A DNA stretch of 64,000 nucleotides from positions 62,001 to 126,000 of the forward strand of contig JALJEE010002328.1 in NCBI GenBank assembly GCA_023231475.1, in the 5' to 3' direction. The position numbers were made by a program, and so were the translations under genes. The DNA is from Seison nebaliae. Its lineage: Eukaryota. Position 1 is the first letter of the stretch. Each line of letters begins with the position of its first letter. The notes below the pieces were generated by a model. The model was not told where the DNA came from and did not search any database. It worked only from the letters and a program-made list of their open reading frames with translations. Below, in pieces: positions 12,085 through 26,225 of the stretch.

Positions 12085-15000
12085 AAGGTATAATGAAGAA
12101 TATAGATAATATCTTTCTTATGGCCTCTTGAATATTGTTCATCCCTTTCACATTGAGTAGAGAGAGAAAAATTAGGAAATTATTTCATTTGTTGATTATG
12201 TGTAAAATTTCATTCATTTTTTCATTTATTTCTTGACGTCTTGCAATACACATCATCATTTTCAATATGGAATATAAATAAATATCTATATGACACTACA
12301 TAGATATACAAGTAAAAAGGAAGCATGCTATAAACATAGATTCTTTACGTATTGTCTACTCGATTAGTTTTTATAAAAGTCTACCCAATACAATAAGCCA
12401 ATGCAGAGCGACTACATTCTTCTCAAAAGGAATTGAACTAATTCTTTCGACGAAAAATTAATAATGAAATGAATGAATGCATTTCATGAACATTCAGAAA
12501 GTTCATTCAAATTGAAGATGCATTTTCAATTGAACGATTTTAACAGATATTGTCTAATGGTTATTTTCACTAATGGATCGAATAATATTCTCAACTAATT
12601 CTTCATATTAAGCCTAATAATTATTTTCGTTCAACTGTTACATTTCCTGTCTTCACATTTTTTCTTCTTTTACACAATTCATAATTTATTCTTCTCATTA
12701 CAAGTTAATGTTTTTATGTCAATTTCTCTATCATCTTTAACGAGACTTTCTTTACTCAAACTTTATGTGGACATTTATAAGAAAGGCTGACAATGAAGGA
12801 CATAACGCAAAGTTCAAGTCACAAATTTAATAGGTTTTATTGAATGATCTATGTCATATATTTATAATTATATTCCTCATTCATTCCTCTTCATCTTATC
12901 GATAATTGAGTTCCTTTCTTATTTTCTTGAAGTAACAAATGAAACAAATTTTCTTCTTTTGTTCGTATACATTTCTCCTTCCAACAAACAACTATCGATT
13001 CATTATTATAGACTTTATATTTTAAGAGTCGATATTATAATATCGAATCCGTATCTACGTATTCGATATATGTATATTATTCGATGCCATAACATTTGGA
13101 AAGGAGAGACAGACCTTCTTCAAATAACTACTTCAATCCCCAAGCAATACTTTGAAGGATCTCTGTTTATTATGAAAATGGACAAGTCATGTCTCGTACT
13201 ATTATCATCTTCTTGTTTATCATCATTGAGATAAGTCGAGGAAAAGGGGAAGGGTACTAAAATTCTCCTTCGAATTAATAAATATGATTTCAAAGAAAAC
13301 CTTTAAGCGAAAACGATTTTGTGATATACTCAAATTTAAAGTGGTATCTTATGCCTAATTTGAAGACAATTTGAATAAGGAAATTTTGAAGTGGAAATAA
13401 TTTTAGAAGAAAAGAAAAATAACATTTTGAAGATGGTTAAACTGATCAGAAAAAATGATATATTTTATTAACTGAAAATCTTACGGAATACTAAAAGAAA
13501 ATTGATTATGAAATGTTTATAATTATTGTAATTGTTTTTCGCTAGGAACAGACTGAGAAAATATTATCTGTTTTGTTAAACAACAAATAAACATTTTCCA
13601 AGGTTCCACAAGTAAAAGTATATTTCCTTAACAATTCCACACACAATTTGTACTTTTCCACATATTTCCATCTACTTTATTCAATCATTACATAAAAGAT
13701 TATTTTTCATTCGAGTATATGTGATTTGTGAAAAAAGTGAAAATTCAACAAAGGTTTAAAGTCTAAACTTATATAATGTTGAACTGATTATATGTACAGA
13801 AATTGAAAAGAAGACAAATTTGAGCTAGGCCATTTTGGTGCTCGAGCTCAGTTCATGAAATAAAATTACCTCGAATTTCTTTTTGCTCGAATACCAACTG
13901 CATACATGAATAAGTTGTTCGAAATGCGAGAAACCATATAGAGATTAAGTGGAAATTAAGTCATCATTTAAAAATTTGAATTTCTAATTTCAATTTTTCT
14001 GTTAAACAGATGGCAAGGCTATGATAAACTTGAAAAGTGATATAATAATAATAATTTATTCCATTTATATCGCACAATAGGCATAGAAGAGGAATTATTC
14101 ATCACAATACTTACCTTCGTCCTTTTAGATTTTCCTAAGAGGTATACTATTTGCTTTACCTAACACTAGAGAGCCATATCTGACATTTCGTGCAAAAATA
14201 ATTTTTGTCCTAAAATTTTGAATATTTCTTTGACGACGGTTTATAGGGTCTAAACTTTAAACTAAAAGGATAGAATTTGAGAATTGACCTGAAGACATTT
14301 GAGTATTCGTCCTTCATATACTCCCAGACGAATTTACATTCTGTTCTTATGTATGAATTAATAAAATGTCGATCCGTCATTGTTCACTTGTTGGAACTTC
14401 TAGTTGTAATCAGTAAATTATTAAATAAAGGTTTTATGGTTTTCAGAAGTTTCGACTTCATCATTCTATTTTTTTCTTTTGAATTTTTAGCTTGGTCAAT
14501 TAATCATAAGAACGGTTAAAAGTAAAGTTCTTTCTATACAATTCTCATAATTGTCTGAAGGATAAATAATATGACATTACATATCCATCTTCTATTTCGG
14601 TCAAGTGGAATAATAATAACATGTTATTAATTATTAATGATAAATGTCAAACTCTTGTATATTTAATAGTAGCTGTGTCTCTATTAGAAGATTAATATGT
14701 AGACGTACTTTTGGATCATTACAAAAAAACCAATGTAAAATGTCAGTTGTCCCTTATTAAAGATTTTTGTGGAAAAATCGCGTAATGATTAGATGGACAA
14801 GATGGTCTATGTTGAAAGTTAACAAAACATTTCATATTCACAAATTTGTCAAACATTTGAAGTAATCAATTTTTGGAAAGGAAGCTTTGTCTGAATTTAA
14901 TTGTTAGATAATTGAAAGAAGAATGAATGGTAGTCGATCAGTTAAAGTTGTAGCATCTTGTATGAAGAGGACGATTGTCAACTTCCAAAAGAATTTATCT

Positions 15001-15659
15001 ACTATCTCCAATCGGACAAATAATGTAATACAAGATAATGAATTAGATTTATTTCGGAAATTCTCAACTACAATTTTGAATGGTTCGTATCATTATTATC
15101 TCTATTTATCCTCCTCCCATACAAATAATTTTTTCCTCTTTTCTGTACAATAAATATTTTACATACTATTATGCAATTCTTCTTTAATAAATAAATATTT
15201 ATCAACGACCTTATCGAAACTAAAATTTACAATTTTCCTCCTACATAACAATAAATAGACTAACAAAATAAAAGGAAGACGTATAAGTAGAAGTGTATGA
15301 AGTGAAAGAGTAGCGATATAAGATGAGAAAATAATAAAATTAGAATAATTGAAATTATTGAAATGGAAGAGAGATATCCCTAAATTAATTTCATTAATAT
15401 GATCGACAATATTGAATACGTTATGAAATATGTTCCATGGAGAAATTGTGAGCGAAGAGAATTTTGTCGTTTATATGAAGTGGTTGAGGGAAAGAAAATT
15501 AATTTCATTCATTAATTTTTGTCGTCTTTTTTTTTCGTTTAGAATTTATTTTATAGTTTCATATTATATCATTTCACTTTCATCTATTTCCTCATTGTAA
15601 TTTTCTCCTTTTTTTATCCCACCAAATTTCCATTCTAACAACCGTTTTTCTCTCCTGTT

Positions 15660-16537
15660 ATGTCCGCACCAAAAGCAAAAACAATTGGGAAGATTGCTGA
15701 TGCCAGATATGCTTATTGGGGTGAACCGAAAACTAATGGTAATAAAGAAAAAGAATTTGGGAAGGCTCAATCGCCAATCGATATTCCTTTAACGGATTTG
15801 ATCGCAATTGAGGGAACATCAACGAATGCCATTCATTTGGAATGGTCAAAATCGCCATTCACTTCATTCAAGAATACTGGACATGGAATTCAAGTAGATG
15901 TTAACCCCGATAATCCTTCATGTTTTTCTTTTTTTATTATCATTATAATATTATTGGATTGACAGATGTTTTTGGTGGTCCGCTCAGTCATAAATATGAA
16001 TTAGTTCAATTTCATGCTCATTGGTCCAAAAATAAAGATGGATGTGAACATACTGTAAACGGTAAACGATATCCAGTTGAATTCCATTTCGTTTATTACA
16101 ATAAACAACTATATCGCTCGTTTATGGAAGCGGTGATGGGATCAACTCATCATGATGGTCTCTGTGTCATTGGAGTTTTCGGCGAATTACATGATGAGAA
16201 GAATTGTAGTTCAGCTGAAAAGGAAACTTTTCGAACATGGGCAAAAATTGGTGAAAAGAATACACCAGAAGCAAAGAATTCATATATAGCGAATGAAGCT
16301 GAATTGAAAGCAATCAAGTTTCCTGAACTTCTCACAAAAAATGCCACAAATTATTATTCATATGACGGCGGTCTAACCACTCCACCATTCAGTGAATGTG
16401 TTCGCTGGATTGTATTGAAAGAACCATTCAAAATTCCCATGGATGTTCAGAGTCAATTAATTAAAATAATCGAAAGTAATTTCCGTCCGGTACAGGAACG
16501 ATTCGATCGACCAATATTCTTATTTGAGTCCAAGTAA
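15660..16537 (+). CDS. Alpha-class carbonic anhydrase, cytosolic, 2 exons
   Basis: QSPIDI, NTGHG (His64 equivalent), QFHAHW and EFHFV (three Zn-binding His), EHTVNG, LTTPPFSECVRWIV, NFRPVQ. Intron 15922-15965 (GTTTTT..GACAG) restores NPS-Y-VFGGPL. No signal peptide. Confidence 0.95.
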
Positions 16538-17193
16538 ATTTCTCTGGTAGAAACATAGTGACACTATTTTTTCATTTATTTCTTCACTAGAATTCTTTAT
16601 TTATTATTTGCTGTAATTCATCTTTTAGTTTTTTTCAATATTTTCTTTTTAATTTTCATTGAAAATTTTGACATCATATCGGAATTTTTTGTAGTTAAAT
16701 GAAAATTAAACAAATCGAAAAGTTTGTTATTATTTTAATAGAAAAAAATTCATTCAAAAAAATGGGGAGACAAACAAATGGATGGAATGAAATTTAGAGG
16801 AATTTTTAATTATATTTCTGTTCTTAAAATTTTATTTGATTATATAAAAATAAGTTTTTTTTAAAGAAAAAATAGAACCACAAAATTCACACATTTGGAA
16901 ATAAGTTGAATATTCAAAAGAAAAATGGAGAATTCTCCACTTTGGAAAGTGTAGCAATTGCATTTTGTTACAATCATTCACAAAATTTTCAAGAAGAGAT
17001 ATGTAAAAAGAAAGCGATATTTTTGTACCGTAAATTTTATAAAAGAATATTTCAAAAATTCTAGAAAGTTATATTCTAAATATTTAGATTCGATGACGAA
17101 TGAGAGGGAAGAGGAAGAAATATAAAAGTTTGCCATTATTATTATAAAACGATTGTATTTGTTGTCTTTGTTGTTATTCCAGTGACGTATTCT

Positions 17194-18204
17194 TCACAAA
17201 ATTTTCAAATGAGCCAATTGTACTGCATATTTGACTTGACGATAATTCTGAACAGGACGTGGAATGAAGAAACTGACAAGTGAAAAAGCTGATGTCGATT
17301 TTTTGTATGTCTCATGAAGTGGTAACACATTTTTTTGGCATTTCAAACCAAACCCAATTAATGGAAGTGACGACCAATATTTGTCACATAATTTCATAAA
17401 ATTAGAAAGACGTTTCGTTAGAAGTAGATGTGAAATACGTAGGAATGTTCTGCGTTGATGCATTACGTTGCAACCTTCATCAATATAATTCCTTGATGTA
17501 TAAGACGATGCAATCACGTCCAAATGGCGCGACATTGAATTGGGAGAAATCCTGGGAATTGTTCGATGATAATTATTTGTTGACATATAATTGTACATCA
17601 TATAATCAGTCGTGTTGTCATATTTTAGAGGATAATGACCTAATGGTTTGATAACATAATTCGAATAATGATGCCGATGACCTATGAGAGGACGTTGATA
17701 TTGACGATTTCCATGCATCAATTCACTCGTTGAAATAAAACGGCAGGGACATAATTTGTTATTACTAAAGTGAATTAAGAAATTCAAATGATTTCCATAA
17801 GAATTATCAGATTTCTTTTAAAGAATTTTACTTATATTTTAAGAAAAATAACTTCCAATGTTGTGACAATCGGATGAAAAGGTCAACTTGAAACGAATTC
17901 CTTAAATTGTGTTCATTCCTCAATGTCGATACATTAAATAATAAGAGAACTCGGTCTTGGTGGTCATCGGAAAAATCTGTTTTTTTTTTGAAAGTAAGAA
18001 TAATGCAATAAAATTATATAATTATTATAAATGTAACAAAATTGAATTTAAACCAATAAAATCTTCGTATCCAACAATTTTAGCTTGAACTACATTACCG
18101 AAAGAACGCAAAGACGAATAAGCTGCAGTTGATACATTACCAATTGAGAATAAAAATATTGTAATGGATAGTAATGTCAAGGGGACTGCAGTCCTTGTTA
18201 TCAT
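17194..18204 (-). CDS. Hypothetical secreted protein, 3 exons
   Basis: ATG at 18204 begins MITRTAVPLTLLSITIFLFSIGNVSTAAYS (signal peptide-like). Introns 17977-18053 (GTTTAA..AACAG) and 17765-17852 (GTTATT..TTTAG) keep the frame and join ORF 17194-17787. Confidence 0.7.
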
Positions 18205-19500
18205 CTCGCCGAGTTCAATGTGGAATCAATAACAGATATAACGAATGCTAAAAATGTAACACTGATCTGTTTCAATTAATTATATTCCAATTAAATCTCA
18301 TTAATTGACATTAGAAATGGGAGATTTTAAATTCAAATTCACATGTAAAATTTTGTAGTTCTACTCAAAACAAAAGTGAGAATTAATGAAGTGACATGTC
18401 AAACAATTTTGTTTCGTCGAAAACAATTCATCTCGAAACAAACAAGAACATTATCTTCAGACCATGTCCCCCGCTTGTCATTAACGTCTCATTTGACGAT
18501 CCCTAATTAGAATAGTAATAAAAACGGTTGGATAGTATTGTAGCTCACTTTATTTTTCATACCAAAAAGGGCGTTATATTCTTAACTGGATAAATGAATG
18601 AAATTCTTTAAATAACTAAACAATCGCTTCATCTTCTCATTCAGTTTCTTCAACTGTCCTTTCTTTTTGAAATTCGTTTAGTATTATTTCAACGTCAAAT
18701 AAAATTTTGAAATGTTCATGAAGTTTCCTCAAACAGTTTCTTCATAAAAAGAAAGTACGAGAAACTCCAAACAATGAAAAATTAACTGTTCAATCTTAAA
18801 AGTTGTTTTGATTCTTCTTTAGAAAGTTAATTTCGAAACTGGTTTTTTCTGACTTGGAGTTACAGTAATGTTAAGGATGTTTGTTGTTCTTTGTTAGAAT
18901 GGTATTACATTTTCTTAATATTTTGTTAAACATTTTATTTTTAAATCATGACAAATTCTGAAAAACTAAAACAACTGTTGTTTGACTGTGAAATTGAAAT
19001 AAATAAGGGGAACAGAAGAAAGTGGGAGATGATGTCAAGTATGATATGGAGATAGAGTCGACAAATAGTTAGATTGTGAAAATTGTTTGAACTCCAGATT
19101 AAGCATGCACTTGATTATTCTTTAGATGAAAAGAAGATGTGGAAATAATAACATATTAATAGTCACGTTCGTCTTTCAGAATCAATGAGCTTGATGACAC
19201 ATCTGGTTTGGAAGACCGTTACATCTGTTGGTAACGGAACTTATTAGTTACAATAAAAACTAATAATGAATTGATCATCAGTTAGCATGTTGTCATTATT
19301 ATTTCATTATAAGAGATAATATAAAAAGAACGGAAGAAATTCAAATATTAATTTTATAGTCTCTTGTTGATTTGATCATACTCTTATTCTTCGAGTCGAT
19401 TATTTTTAATTATGAAACATTCAATGAGAATTGATTTTATTTTTGTTTATATTGTTCAAACCTCAAATTCGGATAAATGGAAGATCTCGATCCATACGTA

Positions 19501-19637
19501 ATCGATAGAACTAGTACCCTGTATAAGATCAAAATTTGTGTCGATTTTTTAATCGATTTTTGTCTGAAAGTCGTTGGCCATATATAATGTGTCATAATAT
19601 CACAAATTTGATCTCACAGGGTGCCATGTCCATCGAT
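19501..19637 (+). ncRNA. mir-10: microRNA miR-10 precursor hairpin
   Basis: The 5' arm TACCCTGTATAAGATCAAAATTTGTG (19515-19540) resembles miR-10-5p (UACCCUGUAGAUCCGAAUUUGU) with the seed intact. The complementary 3' arm is CACAAATTTGATCTCACAGGGTGC (19601-19624), with a basal ATCGAT/ATCGAT stem (19501-19506/19632-19637). It lies on the same strand ~3.6 kb upstream of Hox4, the canonical miR-10 position. Confidence 0.88.
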
Positions 19638-19896
19638 GAACAGCGAAAAAGAAATAGCAAAATTAAATGAAACTCATTTTCACGTGGTATTGTGCACATT
19701 TGGAGAGAATATCTTCCAGTAGAAAAAAGTCATTAATTACAACTCAACTGACAACGAATAACAACAAAAGAGTCATGATGAATAAAGAAATTCGGATATC
19801 AATATTCATTAATCATTTCATTGTTCCAAATTGCTACATCACTTACTCTTCCCTACTACTGGAAGTGTTAGTTGACTCTCTCATTCACTGAACAGC

Positions 19897-19940
19897 CACA
19901 CACACACACACAAACACACAAACACACACACACACACACA
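19897..19940. repeat. (CA)n microsatellite
   Basis: CA run with CAAA interruptions. Confidence 0.9.
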
Positions 19941-22900
19941 ATCTAACGCAGATAGACGTTCCTCCTGACGTAGAAATCTTTCGATTTCCAGTAAAAAAAT
20001 CTATTACCATTCTTAACCATTCGATTCACTAACTCGAACAAAAAATAAATATTTATCTCATTCATTCCCATTAATATCAAATATTTTTCTCACTCTTTTT
20101 TTTATGAATCCTATTGTTCTTCATAAAACAATCACCCACATCGAATTTTCCGTCGTCTTTAAAGTGTTTGGAGTGCGTGAATGCGGTTCCCGAGGAAATG
20201 ATCATGAACGGTAAGCACATACCAAACTTCCAGACATTTCACTCGAAAATTCTTTTTCATTGACATCGCCGATGCTGAAAAGACAAATTACTTATTGATG
20301 ACATCGACCTATCGACGTTTACAGGAACTTTGTCGGAAGATTTTCTTTTGTCTTCTGTCGCAGTTCTACTATTTTCAACGTTCTATCCTAAACAATAACT
20401 ACACATTTCTCTTGTACTACTTTCTTTAAAAAAACTTTCGCTCAATTGTCCCAGTTGGATAGTTAATTTTTATACTCATTATAAAGTTTACTACTGTGCC
20501 ACGACGATAGTAGTAGTGTCAGGTTGCCGGTGGTACGATAAGTGAAACTGTCTAAGATTTAAAGTCTTCCGTTACACACTTAACACATTTCAAGAAGTAG
20601 TCGGCAATTAGTTGGTGTTTTTTGTTTTATTCATAAAAATAAAACACCGAAAGACAGATGATCAATATCATAACAACAACATTGTTATGATATTGGGATG
20701 GGGTTCGGGAGGGATGTTGTGGATGTTCCTTTGACGTTTCATTCGTTCTCACATTCTTTTTTGATACCGGAGATACACTACTCTCAATTCAACATCATGT
20801 ATCATGTTGAATTTTAGGTAAATAGATAGTTAGTTTTGGAGATAGGAACATAGATTTGATGACGAATAAATGAGAGGAAAATTCGATTTCATTCGTCTGT
20901 TTATTTAATTGTATAATAGAATGTCAGTTGTATTTGAATGCTGAAAAGAATATGTTATCTTTTAACGTAGAAGAAGAGGAGAAATAATAAGACCAAATAG
21001 TCGCCCAATCCTCTCTCTGGACCCCACCATCAAACCAAAACCGTTTGGTCGCGTGCACCAACTCATTATGTTATTTGTACTTCAACTTCCTATTGTATCG
21101 AATTAGAATAACGTTCTTTGCATATTTATTAACACATAAAAGTAAATAGAAAATGGAAATACCAAATTATTCATCGATTTTCTACTCTTCATCGCTTCAT
21201 AGTGAATGATTTATTTTTTTATATCTCAATTTCTATTTTTATCGATTTCTCATTAATGACGTCAGAAAAATATTGTTGTTTAAATGCCAAGTCGTATTAA
21301 TCTCAATTCAGATCGATTGCTCATCCGATATTCACAATCTACTGTTTCTCAAAGATACTAATCATTTTAATGATCATTTCGAATTGGTTAAAACTTGTTA
21401 AAAGATTATTTTTATGATCACGAAGATATTATGATCTTTCGACTTTTTTTTCTCCATAATTTCTTTTCGTTTTCTTAGAATAACAATTTATGGATTTGAA
21501 TTTCTATTAACAATAGTATGAAAACAAAAAATTCTACCTAATAATTACAACTGTTTTAATATGTGTTTGTATGATATGTCTTTATATCTTTCATTAATAA
21601 GTCATCAGTTTAATTGATGTTCCGAAAGCCGTTCCGTAACTTTTTAGACAGTTAATCATCAAATGATCTGTGAAATATAATTTTATTGAAATTGATGCGA
21701 ATTATATCCCACATAGTCCCTATTATTGATAAGTTATAATAGAATGTTCTTCTTCGTTGAATTATATGTAAAAATAATTTCGTTCATTTGAAACTAATTG
21801 TTTCAATTTAATGAGAACGAAAAAAAACGAATATTTTCCAAGAACCTTGGTTTGTTTCGATAAAAAGACGATTTAGAGTACTGCATTATGTAGATTTGGT
21901 AAAATTCACCAAAAATTCAATGGAGACGAGTAAATTGAATTGCCCGTTATTATAAGCTGAACTGTCCGATGTGGACTTCTCTTCCTTTCGAATGATGAAA
22001 ATGAAATACTTCGTCAACCCTGATAGGTTGGCGATGTTTGCATAAAATAATTGTGAAAAGTTTCGTATATTTGTGTTGAAAAAATAATATAAATAATTGA
22101 GATATTAAGAAAATTTATTAAATTATTTTACACATTACTTTTTTTTCTCATTATTTTCTTGTATAAGTTTCTTATTTTCCTTACGTAGTTCGTTTACAAA
22201 CGATATCTGTTGAGTTGTCGGTTACCTTGTCTAATGGGAGTTGGACCAATGAAATTCCCGAAAATAATTTCTCATTTTCATCGACATATCCCCACGCTCT
22301 GTATGATGCGGAGAAAGAATTTGAGTTGATCCCGCCTGTTTTCTTCTTTGGGAAATCTCTCACCCATTCAATTGTTAAATATCAAATTTCTTCGTTTCAT
22401 TTCAATTCTCACTCTAACATACAGAGATAATACTAACAATAAAAAATAATAAAATGTATCAGTAAAAAACGAAAAGTATCGAGATGTTTCCGCTACTTGT
22501 CTTTTGCGAGTTTATTTATTTTGTTCGTTCTTGTCTTTCCTTCTCTCTTCGTTCCGAAAGATGGAATAATAAATAAATTGAATAATTTTATATAACACTC
22601 TACAAAATGATGTTGTAGTTAAATGTTAACTTTCTTATTTTTTACTCCATTCCAAAGCATTTGAGGATAGTAACCTTTCATTTATCGACCTAACCTAAAA
22701 CTTGAGCAACAGATTAATTTCGTGCAAAATTTTCCAGTTATTGATTTGGATTCAAGTTGAATTATTCAACAAATTTTTAATAAATTTATGAAGGAATCTA
22801 GTGTGATATTTTAGTTGAGTTGGTGAACTGATGAATAATGGAAAAATAATGACAATAAAGTTTATGTAACAGCTTGTTGTTATTGGGATGAAGTAGATAT

Positions 22901-23223
22901 TTGTAAGATTGAACCGTCTCTTTTGTCTCAGCGCTTTACTCTCTCTCCCATCAACATTTGCTATTTCTCTCCAAACCAAATTGTGCTCATGAAACGACGA
23001 GGAGAGGAAAGGAAGAACCATCTGGGAAGAAAGAATACCTTTCGTTTTTTTATGTTCTACTGTTCGATTTTCTTCCATTCCCTAAACATAATAGAAAAAT
23101 CCGTCTTCTGTTCGAAGAAAATAGAAAAGGAAGAAGAGAATTTGAGAAAATTAAAAGAAATTGAAAATTTTTTGGATCTGTTTTTAATTTCTCACATTGT
23201 TTATCCATTAATTCCAATGCGCA

Positions 23224-25224
23224 ATGTTATCAGCAAATTATGATCAGACGGGTGGATTCTACCAACAATGTTCAACAAATGATAATGGTGATTTGAATGA
23301 TTTGATGATAATATCAGAAAATGTCCCATTCGCACTTAATCATTCAAGTCAATCAACAACTAACTGTGATGAATCATCCAATAACATCTTTTGCAATAAC
23401 TATGTCAACTATTTGCCTGCAGAAAACTGTTCGTCCAACATTGTTAACGAATTAATAACTAATAATTATAATCATAAAAATACAACTAATACCACAACTA
23501 CAACATCAACTATTGACAGAAGGAAGACGAATAATAATGAAGATGAAAAATATTACGATAATATTGGTCTTAGTAATCGAATCATTATGTCTCAGCAACA
23601 ACAACAACAACATCAACAACAATTATCAGATCAGCAACACCAAGAATCGCATCATCAAAAACAGCATTCGAATTCTTTACAACAAATGCAACAACATTCG
23701 GTAGAGAATTCTATCTCTTTAAAGAATGAAACGCCATGGTGGAAATACAGGGCGAAATTTCCTGGTTATTGCGAAGTGGAAACTGATTCCATAGAAGAAA
23801 AAACTATTAGGAAGCGTTTGAATGAAACGTTGAGAGAAAATGAAAATTATACGAATGCTGAAGTGAAAAAAATTAAGTTACAAGCAGTCGAAACAGAAAA
23901 ATCAAGAGAATTATCATCAAATTATTTATCGCCACCATCAACGAATGATAATTTAAGTGGAAGTAATTCTGGCAAATACGAAAATGATAATGTTAATAAT
24001 CAGACATGTCACAATAATCAAAATAAGGATGATGAAAAATCTCTGGAGGAAACATTAACAGAAAGTTTAGAGAAGCAGAACAATTATTTGAATGGAGAAC
24101 AGAATACTCCAAATTTCGATTTATCAATGGTCAATCAAATGTTTTGTCATCCATTCAATTTACCACAACGAACAAGTGAGAAAGGAGTTGGAAACATTTC
24201 ACAAAATCCATTGGATCTAATGAACAATTTGATAGCTTCTGATTTTTCCATGTTGCTTCCTCCTTCCATGATCAATCCGTCATTAATTAATGGATTTATC
24301 GATGACCATTCGCAGAATCCTCAATTTCCAAGTTTCTTCCGACCCAACAACTTACCAATTTCATCTACGAATGATAATGATTCATCTCCATCTGATATCC
24401 CCGGCAAGGATAATGTTACCGATACCAGTGACCAATTATCTCAACAACAAACGGAAAAATTAGTTTATGAAAATGGAACTGATAGTTCGACATTGCCTAA
24501 TGCTTTGTTTAATGTTTTTCCTAAACAATTGAACGACAATGATGAAAACATGACTCAAACAATAACGCAATTTCTAAGTAATAACAATGGCAGAATGTAT
24601 CCTTGGATGAATGGAAATTGTTAATATTCCTTTTTCATTCTCTACTATATTTTTCATGATCAATATTTCTTGCTTTTAGGTAACATTCTCTCTAACCCAA
24701 ATGTTCCATTCGAACCAATTAGCACATCAACAACCACCAATATTGGAAATCCGTTAAAAAGCACAACTAATGGAACACACGTCTCAAGCTCCAATGCATG
24801 CACCAACAATAATACCAATAACACGAATAGTAACCTTCCATTCAATGCGAATACTCCGATGTCGGACACTAAACGTGCTCGTACAGCTTATACCCGTCAA
24901 CAAGTGCTTGAGTTGGAGAAGGAGTTCCATTATAACAAATATCTGACAAGAAGAAGACGAATAGAAATCGCACATGCACTTTGTCTAAGTGAGAGACAAA
25001 TTAAAATTTGGTTCCAAAACAGACGAATGAAATGGAAGAAAGATCATAAACTTCCTAATACTAAATCTAAATTACCGGAAAAATTGGCGACGGGTAATGT
25101 GACATTGGCAACTGCAACAGCCATGGCCGCTTCGCAAATGCAGAATGGTTTAAATGAATCTGATGAATATTTGCATATGAGAAAATTGTCGGAGTCGGGT
25201 AGTGAAGATAAAGATATCGACTAA
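23224..25224 (+). CDS. Hox4: Hox4/Deformed-class homeodomain protein, 2 exons (~646 aa)
   Basis: YPWM hexapeptide at the end of exon 1. Intron 24620-24679 (GTTAAT..TTTTAG). Homeodomain [60 protein letters not shown] is followed by the paralogy-group-4 diagnostic KLPNTK. Confidence 0.95.
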
Positions 25225-26225
25225 TTCATTTAAAACCAATATATTTATTGGAAATTTCTATTCAATTTTATTTAATTATACACAGCTATTATGCTCCGTT
25301 TCAATGCTCTACTGAATTAGTTCATTATATTCTTCAATAAAAATTACAATAATATTTTTAATTTTGGACAATAATTCATATTCTTTATTTTATTTTAATG
25401 TATTCATTATAACATTAAATAAATTTTATTCTAACTCTTTTTATTCGTCGTTAAACATTTCCCGTAATTTTTTTTTATTTTTAAACTGCTTGAGGTTTAG
25501 CCGGTAGGCAAGAAGAAAGAATAATCACGATAATCTAAAAATGGTCCGAATTGGGAAGAGAAGTTCAATTCAAAATCAGTTCAAGAATTAACATCAAAAG
25601 AGAGAATTTGCATTTTTGGATCGTCGTAAACTTTTTTTTCAAACCTATGCTCATATATTTTTCTGTCTCTAATTTTAATACTACTCGTTGTTTTTTTGGT
25701 AATTCTCTTTGCAATATTTTCTCTTTTTTCCTTTGTTTATAGTTCGTTATAGCTTTCAATCTTCAAACAGGATTTCCATTGTCACAATACGATAAGTTGT
25801 TAGAAAACAATGCAAATTGTTTTGATGTCACTATCGACTATTAATCGGAATAAGAATGATCTAATATCGAATTGCTTGTATAATGTGAAGGAATATTATA
25901 ATTGTGACGTAATTTAAAATTAATAGGATTATCAAATGAAATATGTAATTTACAGTATTGAACGCAACAAATTTTTGGGGACGCAATACATAGTTGTTTA
26001 GGATATAGTAAAATAAAGTTCTTTTAGTTTCAGTGACAAAAGTATTGAGAAAGTGAGCTTTAATTTCTTTAGATGAGAGAAATTTAATAAAATTGATTTA
26101 ATCAAAGTTTAATAAATCTAACTCAAATGAAATTTCATATTTTAAGCTTAATCAAATAAATTTGTTCATTGACATTCTCATTGATAGACGTCATTTTATT
26201 GGTAAACAAGAGGAATTATTAGACA

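Noticed and set aside
20166..20227. Second hairpin (GTTTGG..GTGC..GTTC / GAAC..GCAC..CCAAAC) between miR-10 and Hox4 as a candidate miRNA
   Set aside because: Large internal loops and no match to a miRNA family I recognise.
22752..23243. Short ORFs upstream of and overlapping the Hox4 start
   Set aside because: Low-complexity F/K-rich translations typical of AT-rich UTR DNA; no evidence of function.
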